Positions 14,467 through 25,268 of a stretch of DNA of 64,000 nt are shown piece by piece. Source of the stretch: Laetmonice hystrix (taxonomy: Eukaryota); assembly GCA_965235115.1 (NCBI GenBank), contig OZ249437.1, positions 32,612,001 to 32,676,000 of the forward strand, read 5' to 3'. How positions within the stretch are numbered: the first letter of the stretch is position 1; each line of letters opens with the position of its first letter. A model generated the notes under the pieces. The model was not told the DNA's origin and searched no databases. It worked only from the letters and a program-made list of their open reading frames with translations. The position numbers were made by a program, and so were the translations under genes.

Positions 14467-17400
14467 AGAGAAAAACGACCCCCCCCCGACCCAGGCTGGT
14501 TACGCCCCTGGCAGGGATATAGCTTGCTGTACAGAGCGGTAGGGGAGGGGGCAAGGGGGTACGGGTGGATCTGAACAAGGTGAGCTTTTGGACAATGAGG
14601 TGCCCTTTTATATATTGCTAGAGAAATGTTAATGGCACGTGACCCTAAGAATATCGAAGTGCCCCCAAGTAATTTCTCATTGTGTTCGGCCCAGGATTAT
14701 AGGCGGCGGTAAAGGCATTTAGGTCCAGGTGAATACATCAGAACCATCTGCTGAGAACTGCGATTAGCCTGATATAAATATAGTGGTGATGGTGAATTAT
14801 TAGCAGGAGTTCAAAGCCCATAATCACTAATCACTAAATCAGTAGTTTTGGTTTACGGAGTAGAATCCATGGGGAGGGGTGGAAGAGTGGGCGATTTGCG
14901 GGACAGTCTTATACCAGAGTCTGTTAATTGGTGCGGTCCATAGCATGCCTCCGTCACTGCAGCGGCACTGTCGGCCACCGGTAGGTAATTCTTAATGCCA
15001 TTTTTTGGGAGGTAGGGATAATCCTTCACGGAGGTCTGTGATATACTGGTGCTGCTTCAGTCCACCGATGCTCGTTTGATTGCTTTTATGGCTGTCACTA
15101 CAACACGCTAATCAAGATGGATGCCGGGGCCTTCATACACCAGAGACCTCTAGCGGTTAGCATTGTCCCTCGGTGACTATACGCGATGTCTGACTGAACG
15201 CCACGCAAGTTGTTCAGACTTTAATGACAGTCATTATCCTGTTTATCCGAACATCGCAGAGAGACATCAGACGGCAAGACTCCAGGACATGTCAGGACTC
15301 GTGTCGTCTGCAAACATACGCCCCAATTATATCCTACTTTGTGTATAGACCAGACTGATACTAACACGAGTGATCCTCACTCTGTCACATGGTACCGGTG
15401 TTTACCACTAGACATTAGCTGAATCGCTGGCACCTTCTGTGTATACAAAAAAAAGCATAATATTGGCGAGGGCTAATTCAGTTTGCTAAGACTGATCAGG
15501 TGAAGCAAGTTGACTTTACATTAAGTCATACTCCAGGCTACGTTTGGCCTCGTTAACACCCGTCGTATATTAAATGCTGTCAGGTAACTGTTGTATTATG
15601 GACAAAACGACAGGACATTAGGGACGATACGCTGTCCAAAATAGGCCTCCTCTGATAAATGAAATAATCGGGAAGACATCTTCATTCGTGTTGTCACAGG
15701 AGAGACTTGTCGCATAGATTGAACTTTTTGAATGAAAGCTTTTGGGTAAACATTTTCCTGGACTATCACTACTGAGTTCAATGAAAACATTGCATCGCGG
15801 ATTTTAGTGACATCGTATTGAGCTCCTAGGTTAGTAGAAGTTAGCAGCAATTCCTTTGTATATTAAAAGTTTATCAGTAACTGTATTTGTTAATGCAGCA
15901 AAACGCCTACCTTCTTCTGGATATTCAGTGTAATAATCAAATCAAGTAGCGACTTTAAAGTATAATTAGGAGAGTTGTCATTCGTACTTCCTAATATTAT
16001 ACATGTATGTTATGTCGTATCTTCAACCGTTTTTTATATCTAGGCCATTGAAAAGATGCGTGACCTTGGTTGACCTTCCAAGGTGATTCAAGGTCATGGG
16101 CAATGGCGCTAAACGAAAGTTCCTATCTGTCAATACTTTTAACTGTGGCGTTATCTTTCGCCGCTTTCATAATATGAGCCAAAACAGTGTCATTGTGGGG
16201 GTCAAAACACAAATATGACCGCCATGTCGCCATTTTGGATCTGAATTGAAAATACAGTGCAATGCATATTGGCCGTTATGATGCCTCCTCCCTGCACTAG
16301 GTTTGAAAGAGACCGTGATTGTTTTGGCTGAGTTTGGCTCAAAATGGGTTTATTATATGGGCCATTTTCAGCAAAGTGTGCACATTATAAGTAAAAAGTG
16401 TCCATGCCTTTTTTGGTCAACTGCAGCATCATAACATAATTTTTGGGGGAGAAATTAATAAAAAATGACTTTTCCACTAAAAAGAAAATTGTTTTATAGT
16501 TCCTTGCTATACCAAACACAAATGCCAGATATTAACATGGCAAAAATGTCCATACCGTTACCTGGCAAAAGTGGAACCTCCATTACAAAACCTTTGCAAT
16601 GTCGCAATTGGCTTTATTGGTGGAACTATAATCTCTGTTTCCATAATAACAATTACTTAAGCCTTCACGAAAAGGAATATTTATTACTCTCTTGCGATTA
16701 TTGCATAATTTTGCTGCCATGGATACTTTGGCCGGAGTTTTGAAAGACCCATGTCTTTACCGTTACCATAAACAACAAGCTACAAGATAACTTCACCCAA
16801 ACTCAACAGATGGTACTGCTACAATACACAGAACAAGACCAGGATATAAGGAAGCCATATTGTCTTCAAAGTCAAACTTATGTTTTAAACTGTTGTAAGA
16901 ATCTGTCAGGTAAGTTTACGTAATCTATTATGTCTCATTAATTAATCGTCTTTACCGTTACCATCAATAAATGTATGAAAACTCATAGAATCTTTGTAAC
17001 AAACATTTATCAATTAAACAGGTTTTATTGTCCTTATCTGAACAGAAATTTAGGGGGCACATGGCAAAAAGTCATTTTGTAGAATTCAAAAGGTGTCTTT
17101 ACTGTTACTGAAATTTGTCTTTACCATTACCATTCACAGGTAACGGCAGAGACAAGATGGTAACGGTGAAGACATAATTAATATAATCCAGATTTTTTTT
17201 TAACATTGCTGGACTCTGGATCAGTGTATGATCTTGGAAAACACTGGCGGACTGATAAAGGCACATTAACAAAAATTTTCAAGGTCAAAGGGCAAATTGA
17301 TTCAGAACTTTAGAATTTAGGTCTTTTCCATGTGCTAAAAATGTTAAATTCTCGGGAGTAGACCAACAGGATTGTTAGAAAGTAATTCTGACTAATTTTC

Positions 17401-17830
17401 TAGGCTATGAAAAAGTTTGATTCCACTTATTTGGAGGTTTATCATTATCAAATGCTAAATGATAATTTTTAAAAGTTAGTATTCCCATCTCCAGGTGTAA
17501 ACAACTTATTCATCGTCATTGTATTTCTGAAATTATAAGAAATGTATATTAATATGTTGTAAAAAAAAATTATAACAAAATATAAAATATCACATGGTGT
17601 AAATTTTAAATTTCCTATCTTTTCCAGATTAAAGTTATCCAGGATGCCCTCGTGCCGGTGGTTCAAAACCTAAATCAAAAGCAGAAATGATGAGGGTCAT
17701 GCAGGCGATATTATGCCTGGTATGCTCCTTCTATTAATTTTTAATCATTCAGGGAGTCCTGTTATGATTATTCCTTTTACCTATTTGTGTTTAAATAAAA
17801 AAGTTTTTATAATATTCATGAAGTTAGTAG

Positions 17831-17903
17831 TTTTACCTCGGACAACACTGACGTGTTTCCGGAAATATCCGAGAAGGAGAGCGCGTGCGCGGGGAGACGG
17901 CAG
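17831..17903 (+). repeat. DIRS left inverted terminal repeat
   Basis: TTTTACCTCGGACAACAC...GAGAAGGAGAGCGCGTGCGCGGGGAGACGGCAG. The last 33 nt are exactly inverted at 23038-23070, and 17831-17874 is exactly complementary to 22786-22829. Confidence 0.93.
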
Positions 17904-18546
17904 TTTCGTGTGTAGTGTTTGCCGGGGGCGGACGTGTTTGAACTGCACTCGCGCTGGTTTTTGAATGCGTTACAGGTGAGTGTTCCTTGGTTGAAGTTTT
18001 ACTCCTTTTGGAGTTAAGCCATTAAGGCATACGGGTTTATTAACCAGACGTGGTCTGGTTTATTGTTTTAAACCCTAAGAATTTGTCGTGACGAGGCTTC
18101 CCGCTGGCGTTGTCTCAGATAGGTCACGGAACGTTGGCGCTGCCTTCGTTCACATGTAAGCCTGTAAGGCATTTTGTCACGGAACGTTGGCGCTGCCTTC
18201 GTTCATTTGTAAGCCTTTACGGCATTTTGATGAGTTTTATAGACGGACGTGGTCCGGGATAAACTATTAACTCAATAAATCTTTTTTGCCGTGACGAGAA
18301 CACCCGCTGGGTGTCTCAGGTTTAGTCACAGTGTCTTGACAAGGAGTTGGTCAATTTCAATACGACCGTGTCGTGTGCCATACCGGTCAAACCGACCCAG
18401 GTGTGAATTGGTTCGGTGGTTCGTCACGGTCGGTTGGGTTTGTCAACACTCTGTATTGATTAATACGAATGGTATTTTTAACTTGGTTTTGAGTTGGCTT
18501 GGTTATAGGCCGAGTATTTATTTCCTTTCTTTTCTTCCGGACAGAT

Positions 18547-19839
18547 ATGCCCGAGAAAGAGGGAAGAAAGGTTGCAGACACTGCTGTAGAAGGGTCTACA
18601 AAGGAGAAAAAGCAGGCGAAGACAAGAAATAAGAAAAATGAAGAATTGGAGCAAGGACCAACTACGTCCGCTTCAGCCTCCCTAAGTACTGCAGAGGAGC
18701 CGCAGACTGTGACCCAGGCACAGCCAATACAAATGGAAGAAACTCAGCCATCTGAGTTTTTTCACGCTCCGTACCCGTTTCAGTACGGGTTACCTTTTGC
18801 GCCGCCGCCTATGCCTATGCCGACGCTTTTCCCGGAGTGGGATACCTGGAGTGGGTATGAGTCGGAAGATACAGCAGGCGGGATGGGGCCTGACCTTCAC
18901 AGTTCCTACTCATCAGATGATAGGCCACGTGCAGAATCCTCTCCAGCTCCAACTCGGGAAGTACCTATACAGCTTGCGAAAGGGAAATTGGCGATGCTAA
19001 TTGAACAGAATAAAGAAAAAGTAGGAGAAGCCTCCAGAAAGGGCGAACCAGTTCACCCCAGCTTAGCGGAAATTGTGGAAAACTGTTTTATTTCACCCGG
19101 AGGGACAGAATTAGAGGATATTGCATCAAAGTATCCTCCACCAGAGAACATTCCTCATTTAACTATACCACAGGTGGAAATGGAAATTTATACTGGGATG
19201 AATCCACAGGCAAGATCCACCGATTCTACTATAAAAAAGCTTCAGGCGGGAGTTGCTGCAGCCTTGTCAGCATTAACACCGATAGCAGCTTTAATGATTG
19301 ACAGGGGACAATCAGACACAGGACTGGATAATCTAGCTGATAATGCACTAGATGCCATTAAGGCGTTAGCCTTGGTAAGCAATGGCCTGAAGTCGAAACG
19401 GAAAGAGAACATTAGATCGGGCATGCAAGGTGTCTATGCTAAAGCGTTGAGCAAATTCTCAGGGGAGTCGCCGGAGTGGCTTTTTGGAGGAAATATCGAG
19501 GAAGCGGCCAAACATTGTGAGGCGGCACAGAAATTGTCTGGTAAGATGATGAAGCAGTCGGCAGGAAAGGTAAGACTTCCTGCTCAGGTAGGGTCCGGGA
19601 GAGGCCGGACACGCGGTATGGTGACATACCCAACCTATCGGGTAGCGCCGTACCAAAGGTCATTTGGGTACCAGCACATGAGGCCAGCCTATCCATATGG
19701 CATGCACTATGCATATCGACAGCCAGGACAACAGTATGACCCCAGGGCGAGGTCAAGGCAGCGGCAGCCACCTACTGCGGCAGTAGGCGCTCCCCCGGCT
19801 CCACGTCCGGATTTTCAGCGGAAGGGGACCCGGAATTAG
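18547..19839 (+). CDS. gag: DIRS ORF1 (gag-like)
   Basis: Long ORF; the first ATG is at 18547 (the track starts at TTG 18499). Core HPSLAEIV...YPPPENIPHLTIPQV...KKLQ...KRKENIR...LFGGNIEE resembles DIRS ORF1, with an Arg/Gly/Tyr/Pro-rich C terminus; it lies upstream of RT. Confidence 0.85.
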   Translation: MPEKEGRKVADTAVEGSTKEKKQAKTRNKKNEELEQGPTTSASASLSTAEEPQTVTQAQPIQMEETQPSEFFHAPYPFQYGLPFAPPPMPMPTLFPEWDTWSGYESEDTAGGMGPDLHSSYSSDDRPRAESSPAPTREVPIQLAKGKLAMLIEQNKEKVGEASRKGEPVHPSLAEIVENCFISPGGTELEDIASKYPPPENIPHLTIPQVEMEIYTGMNPQARSTDSTIKKLQAGVAAALSALTPIAALMIDRGQSDTGLDNLADNALDAIKALALVSNGLKSKRKENIRSGMQGVYAKALSKFSGESPEWLFGGNIEEAAKHCEAAQKLSGKMMKQSAGKVRLPAQVGSGRGRTRGMVTYPTYRVAPYQRSFGYQHMRPAYPYGMHYAYRQPGQQYDPRARSRQRQPPTAAVGAPPAPRPDFQRKGTRN

Positions 19840-19844
19840 AGCAA

Positions 19845-21750
19845 GTGGGTACCTCTGTTGACGCTTTGCCTGATCTTGAGTTTAAGGCAGGAAACATTGC
19901 TAGATGTGTGCGTGAGTGGCTGAAACTGTCGAGGGACCCCTGGATTCTTTCTATGGTACAGGGAGTACGTATTCCCTTTATGGAAGGGGAGCCTGTACAG
20001 GAAAGGGAACCGCACCCATTTAGAATATGTGAAGCAGAACGTCACTGTCTGAGGATAGAACTTAACAAGTTGGTTAAAAAAGGTGTCATCAGACCAGCAC
20101 AGCCACTGGATGGGCAATTTATTTCGAATATTTTTCTACGACCCAAGCCAGTGGGCCATAGACTGATTTTGGATTTGACTAACTTAAATAAGTTTGTCCA
20201 ATATGAACATTTTAAGATGACCTCATTACAGACTGCTTTGGACTTAATTAGACCAGGGGCCTGGCTCGGTTCAGTAGATTTATCAGACGCGTATTACACT
20301 GTGAATATACGTGAAGAACATAGGAAGTTTTTAAGGTTCAGGTTTGAAAATGTTATTTATGAATATGTAGGTATGCCAAATGGTCTAGCCTGTGCCCCGA
20401 GGATTTTTACGAAAATTCTGAGCCCAGCATTTGCACATTTGAGGGAGGCAGGTAACGAGGCTTTCCCCTATATTGATGATTCTTTCGTTATTGCAGATTC
20501 TTTTCAGGAATGTCGGGATTCCATAAACTCATTGTGTAATTTATTTCAAACTTTGGGTTTTTTTTGTGCATCCTGACAAGTCAGTATTGACCCCAACGCA
20601 GAAGTTGACCTTTCTGGGGTTCAGTTTGGACACATCCTCGATGACGGTTAGTCTTACACAAGATAAAAAGGACAAATTTTGCAGAGCATCATTACAAGTC
20701 CTACAAAGCAAACGTGTGGTTATACGCGAGGTAGCTGGACTTATTGGTTTGATGGTAGCGTATTCCTCGGGAGTACAGTACGGAGCTGCACATATAAAAT
20801 TTTTAGAGATTGACAAAAATATGGCCCTCCGAGAGGCGAAGGGGAATTTTGATCATACCATGGTGCTCACAGACAGGGCAAAGGAAGACATTAGGTGGTG
20901 GCTATCTGCACTACCAGCTGCAGTTAAAAGTATAAGACCCCCTAAAATCACCATGGAGGTCAGCACTGATGCCTCGATGCTGGGATGGGGGGCTCACACG
21001 GACTCAGTGGAGACTGGGGGCCGGTGGTCAGCTGACGAAAGTCGGCAACACATTAACGTTTTAGAGTTACTAGCAATATTGTATGGACTGAAGAGTTTGT
21101 GTCATGAAACGAGGGTACACGTGAAGGTGTTAACAGATAATACCACAGCGGTAGCGTATGTAGACAATATGGGCGGTGTAAGGTCGCCTCAGTGCAATTG
21201 GGTAGCCCGGGAGATTTGGAACTGGGCAGAGCAGGCACACAATTGGATTACGATTGCGTTCATACCTGGTATTAATAATCAGATCGCAGATTTACATTCC
21301 CGAAAATTTATGGACGAAACGGAATGGGAAATCGGTAAACAGATATTTGATAGAATATGTAAGGCCTTTGGAAAGCCAGATGTAGACTTGTTTGCGTCAA
21401 GGTTGAATAAAAAACTAGATAAATTTGTATCATGGAGACCAGATCCCGAAGCATGGAAAACAGATGCGTTCACGTTAGACTGGTCAGAAGGTTTTATGTA
21501 TATTTTTCCGCCTTTCAGTCTAGTAGGCCGGGTCGCCAGCAAGATGTTGGCGGACGGAACACGAGGAATCCTGATCACTCCGTGGTGGCCGACGCAGCCG
21601 TGGTTTGCAACAGTCCAGAAGGCGGCGTCACGACGACTGTACTTCAGAAGCAGGCCACACAATCTAATACCAAACGGGGAGCCACGAAACAAAGAAAAGT
21701 TACACAGCTGCCCCTTGGTGGCATACCTTTTTTGGGAAAAAAGTTGTTAA
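19845..21750 (+). CDS. pol: DIRS ORF2: reverse transcriptase - RNase H - DNA adenine methyltransferase-like domain; split by one frameshift at the T8 run 20558-20565
   Basis: RT motifs HRLILDL, SVDLSDAYY, GMPNGLACAPRIFTK and YIDD; RNase H motifs STDASMLGWG, HINVLELLAI, TDNTTA and NQIADLHSR; MT motifs VDLFASRLN and YIFPPF. Removing one T restores LGFFVHPDKS and joins the 19845-20576 and 20566-21750 ORFs. The frame is open from 19740. Confidence 0.93.
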
Positions 21751-22703
21751 AAGCTGGTTTTGATAAGAAAACAGTTGAACTCATTATGGCATCATGGAGA
21801 AACTCCACCAAGAAACTTTACACAACTTATTTAAAGAAATGGGCTACCTACTGTTGCCAATATAAAGTCACTTTGTTGGAGCCAACCTTACCCCAAGTGT
21901 GTGCTTTTCTTAGAGGTTTAGCAGACAGGGGCCTGGGTTATGGGGCCCTGAATGCTGCCAGATCGGCTTTAGCGGTTGTATTACCGGATATGGACGGCTA
22001 TGGTATTGGGAAACACCCGTTGGTGTGTAGGCTAATTAAAGGGGTTTATGAAAGGAACCCGCCAAAACCTCGTTATTCTTCTTTTTGGGATGTCAAAAAG
22101 GTTTTTAAGTTGTTCAAGCAATGGGGTCGCAATGAGGATTTATCCTTAAAATATCTATCCTTAAAACTTGCAGTTTTGCTGTTACTGGTGACCTCACAGA
22201 GGGGCCAAACCGTTGTAAATTTAAATATAGATGGACTCGTTAAATCAAAGCATAAGGTAGTGTTTAAGATGAAATGTTTACTGAAACATAACAGATTAGG
22301 GGATAGGTTGGACTCAATTATCCTCCAATCGTTTGACAAGTGTCCCACAGTCTGTGTGGTTAGAACACTGAGACAGTATTTGGAAAAAACGAGAGGATTC
22401 AGGAAAGGGGAGAGTCAATTGTTATTAAGTTATCGAGCGCCACATAGGGCTATATCGAGAGACAGTTTAGCGAGGTGGACGCTAGCTGTGCTTAGCATGG
22501 CGGGAATTGATATTTCGGTGTATAAATCCCACTCTACTAGAGGGGCGTCAGCGTCTGCGGCCCATAGATTGGGAGCTTCGATAGGACAGATTTTGAAACA
22601 GGCTAGATGGCGAAATGTACGGTCATTCGCCCTGTTTTATAATAAGGATATTGATGAAGACCAAGAGGTTGCGAAGAGATTGTTAAATGAAGCACTGACA
22701 TAA
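21432..22703 (+). CDS. DIRS ORF3: tyrosine recombinase
   Basis: N-terminal integrase SAM-like segment (ASWRNSTKKLYTTYLKKW), TSQRGQ (catalytic R), LKHNR, HSTRGAS (HxxR), ARW and FALFY (catalytic Y). It overlaps the 3' end of ORF2 in another frame, as is typical for DIRS. Confidence 0.95.
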   Translation: METRSRSMENRCVHVRLVRRFYVYFSAFQSSRPGRQQDVGGRNTRNPDHSVVADAAVVCNSPEGGVTTTVLQKQATQSNTKRGATKQRKVTQLPLGGIPFLGKKLLKAGFDKKTVELIMASWRNSTKKLYTTYLKKWATYCCQYKVTLLEPTLPQVCAFLRGLADRGLGYGALNAARSALAVVLPDMDGYGIGKHPLVCRLIKGVYERNPPKPRYSSFWDVKKVFKLFKQWGRNEDLSLKYLSLKLAVLLLLVTSQRGQTVVNLNIDGLVKSKHKVVFKMKCLLKHNRLGDRLDSIILQSFDKCPTVCVVRTLRQYLEKTRGFRKGESQLLLSYRAPHRAISRDSLARWTLAVLSMAGIDISVYKSHSTRGASASAAHRLGASIGQILKQARWRNVRSFALFYNKDIDEDQEVAKRLLNEALT

Positions 22704-22785
22704 TAAAGTGTGTTCTGTATGCAGTAATACATTTGTCTTGTTGTCATGCCCGTAAGCGAGTTAAGACGCAAAGAAGCTCTAAAAG

Positions 22786-22920
22786 TCTCGGATATTTCCG
22801 GAAACACGTCAGTGTTGTCCGAGGTAAAATATTAAAATTATACGAGACTTACCTTGGTACAAGTTGAAGTAGAATTATAATTTTACCGAGGACAACACGT
22901 AGTGTTGTAGGGAATATCTG
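22786..22920 (+). repeat. DIRS internal complementary region (ICR)
   Basis: 22786-22829 is the exact reverse complement of the left end 17831-17874; 22830-22920 is the exact reverse complement of the right end 23070-23160. The two halves are contiguous and reproduce the circle junction. Confidence 0.96.
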
Positions 22921-23037
22921 CCCTTTCCCACCCACCCCAGGTCTCAAAGGGTTGATACTGGGGACTTGGACACTTACACAAGGTCAGTCTCGTACAGTTA
23001 GGGGGATTCTTTGCTTCAACTCGCACTTAGTTCAAGT

Positions 23038-23170
23038 CTGCCGTCTCCCCGCGCACGCGCTCTCCTTCTCAGATATTCCCTACAACACTACGTGTTGTCC
23101 TCGGTAAAATTATAATTCTACTTCAACTTGTACCAAGGTAAGTCTCGTATAATTTTAATATTAATATTTT
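23038..23170 (+). repeat. DIRS right inverted terminal repeat plus right-end extension
   Basis: CTGCCGTCTCCCCGCGCACGCGCTCTCCTTCTC...GTGTTGTCCTCGGTAAAA (inverted relative to the left end), followed by an extension complementary to the ICR and ending AATTTTAATATTAATATTTT. Confidence 0.92.
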
Positions 23171-25268
23171 ATCCAGGTGATGAGAGTAACGGTAAAGACA
23201 TGTCTTTACCGTTACTCAGTAACAGTAAAGACATCTCTTTACCGTTACTGGTTACAGTACATGTTAAGTTTCTTACTGTTTCAATGCAAAGCCTTGGCAT
23301 CAATCAACTTGACACAGTATTATATTACCTCTAACAGGTCAGAATAACCTCATAGTTGTTTCATTTGACCTCCCTTCTAGGCCTACTAAAGTTTGTTAAC
23401 TTTTCATGGTAACGGTAAAGACACACCCGTCTTTCCTGTTACTATGGTAACGGTAAAGACATCCGTGTAAAACTTAATTTTCAATCTTTATGAAAAATTT
23501 GCAGTTTCCAGTGTTGCAGCTCCGTAGAATCTTATATATCATTGAAAGGAGAGGGATTCACCTGTCTTTGGCCAAAAACAAAATAAGTTTTATTTTTTAA
23601 TTGTCTTTACCGTTACTGGCACGTTTCTGTGAAAATGGCCCATATGCGCATTCTATCTGCCAGTGACAATCAGGGGGTACCATACGGTGGTCCGTATGGA
23701 ACGCTCGTTCCATACGGACTGATTTGATTGAACACGTTAGGGGGTGATGTGACGTTAACTCTGTGATGGACCGTTCGGTGTCGTGCCGTATTCATGCGCC
23801 AGTCATCTCGTTCCATGCTTTACCACAGTGAAGGTCCCCTCAACCCGTCACGTGTTTTTACATAACCAGGGACACGCATTTATTAGTACACCATGTACTT
23901 GAGTAACTAGTATCCGATAAACGTTTTTAAAACTGATAAGGTTCCTAATTAATTTAAGATTTTGTGACAGCCGACCTCTGCAAACAGAAATGTTACAATG
24001 GTCGACGTAGGCTAAATGCCCACCTGAGCGTTAGGTCAGAAAAAGTGATAGTGAGCTCACATTTTACGTCTTTCCTTGCAAACTGGTCATTTTCTCATGA
24101 AATATCTTAGTATGAAAGGAGTGAGAACCAATTACAAATACGACATCTTGTGTAACTTTTTTATATTTTCACAAGGTCTAGAACCAGTTTCTTTTTAATC
24201 CGGAAAGTGCATTTCTTGAATACCCTGCGCCTAGGGGAATCCTGGAGTCATGCGAATATTGCTCATCCGTTCGCTGAAGGCTAGGTAGACTGATACCAAA
24301 ATAAACATGGATCATAAGACGCCTAAACGGCTACCATTATTTCTCTAACCTCCCCTGACTGAAATTTTAAAGTAGGTCTCGACATACAAGCGCATGACAT
24401 TAGAATTTTGAGCTGATTCACTTTTCGGTATTCACATTTGACTTTTCACATTTGCCATAAGATAATTTTAACATTTGGATTGTACGGTTGTTCTTATTTA
24501 CACATGACCTTGATTTTCACATATGACATTCATTTTTGTCACATATAGCGGATGTTTCACATATGGCGGAATTTTCATATTGAAGGATGCTACAGGCGAA
24601 CACTCAGACAGGTGGAGGTGGGAGTCTGTGACGACTTGGCAAAACTCAATTTGTAAGCCTTGTCTGTGAGACGTACAGCATTTTACGAATTCAGCGCTAG
24701 GATTCTAAGTTTGTCTGGCCGCTTTGACTAATCATTCGTTTAGTAAGGTAACAAGGAGTTCAAGGAACTCCGTGATCTGTCTAGGAAAGAATACTAAGTA
24801 TGGAGGTATAAGGATAGGAAAGCCAGCGTCAGGTAGACGAAATGAAATCTCGAATATTTCCATTTGTTTGCCAGCGCTGCAATAGACAACTTCGACGCGC
24901 CGCACCTGCCCCTCTTGGAACATTGCTTCATCTGCATAAACTAATTGGCATTCAGACAGACTCGGCTAATGAGTAGTGTGACCCTCTGACCCATCCTTGA
25001 CTTTTGTTACTAAAATACGATCATTGCATAGTGTGCCGTGAGACTAGATGAAATCAGTAGCGTTGTTCCCTCAGGCATACTTTAAAACACGGCACAGGAA
25101 AACAGAAAGAGGATTTTTTTTTTTTTTTTATACATTTTTTTATTTTTTTCTACATTGATATACAATATGTACAATATACAATGCACATACACAAGTACAC
25201 ATACATGACATGCAGAGACAACAGAGTTATAAAACAAAAGGTATTATACGGCAGCTGGTGTACAAAAA

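Larger units (their letters stand above)
17831..23170 (+). mobile_element. Complete DIRS1-like tyrosine recombinase retrotransposon
   Basis: gag, RT/RNaseH/MT and YR ORFs are bounded by non-identical inverted terminal repeats, and an internal complementary region matches both ends. A TTTTA core is shared by both junctions and there is no target-site duplication. Confidence 0.97.
16359..23641. mobile_element. Non-autonomous TIR DNA transposon (about 1.9 kb of its own sequence; possibly ISL2EU/PHIS group), interrupted by the DIRS element
   Basis: Left end GGGCCATTTTCAGCAAAGTGTGC (16359); the right end reverse-complements to GGGCCATTTTCACAGAAACGTGC (ends 23641). Both ends are flanked by ATAT (AT or ATAT duplication). 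The motif GTCTTTACCGTTAC/GTAACGGTAAAGAC recurs many times in both halves (16753, 16948, 17095-17170, 23187-23245, 23409-23460, 23603). The superfamily assignment is tentative. Confidence 0.8.

Noticed and set aside
13366-14542. ORFs of 143-376 aa
   Set aside because: Products of the stop-free 72-bp tandem repeat; no domain evidence.
15596-15850. Minus-strand ORF with faint resemblance to a caspase p20 segment (GAQYDVTKIRDAMFSL)
   Set aside because: It lacks the conserved Arg, SHG and QACRG motifs and has no supporting neighbouring exons; likely chance.
20552-20566. G_GGU_UUU as a -1 frameshift site explaining the split in DIRS pol
   Set aside because: The downstream ORF is in the +1 frame, so -1 slippage would not join them; a one-base indel is simpler.
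25000-25112. Target-site duplication or snRNA/tRNA/rRNA target for the L1/Tx1 element
   Set aside because: No convincing direct repeat between this flank and 31850-31950 (only a 7-bp GGATTTT match), and neither flank resembles a structural RNA gene I recognise.
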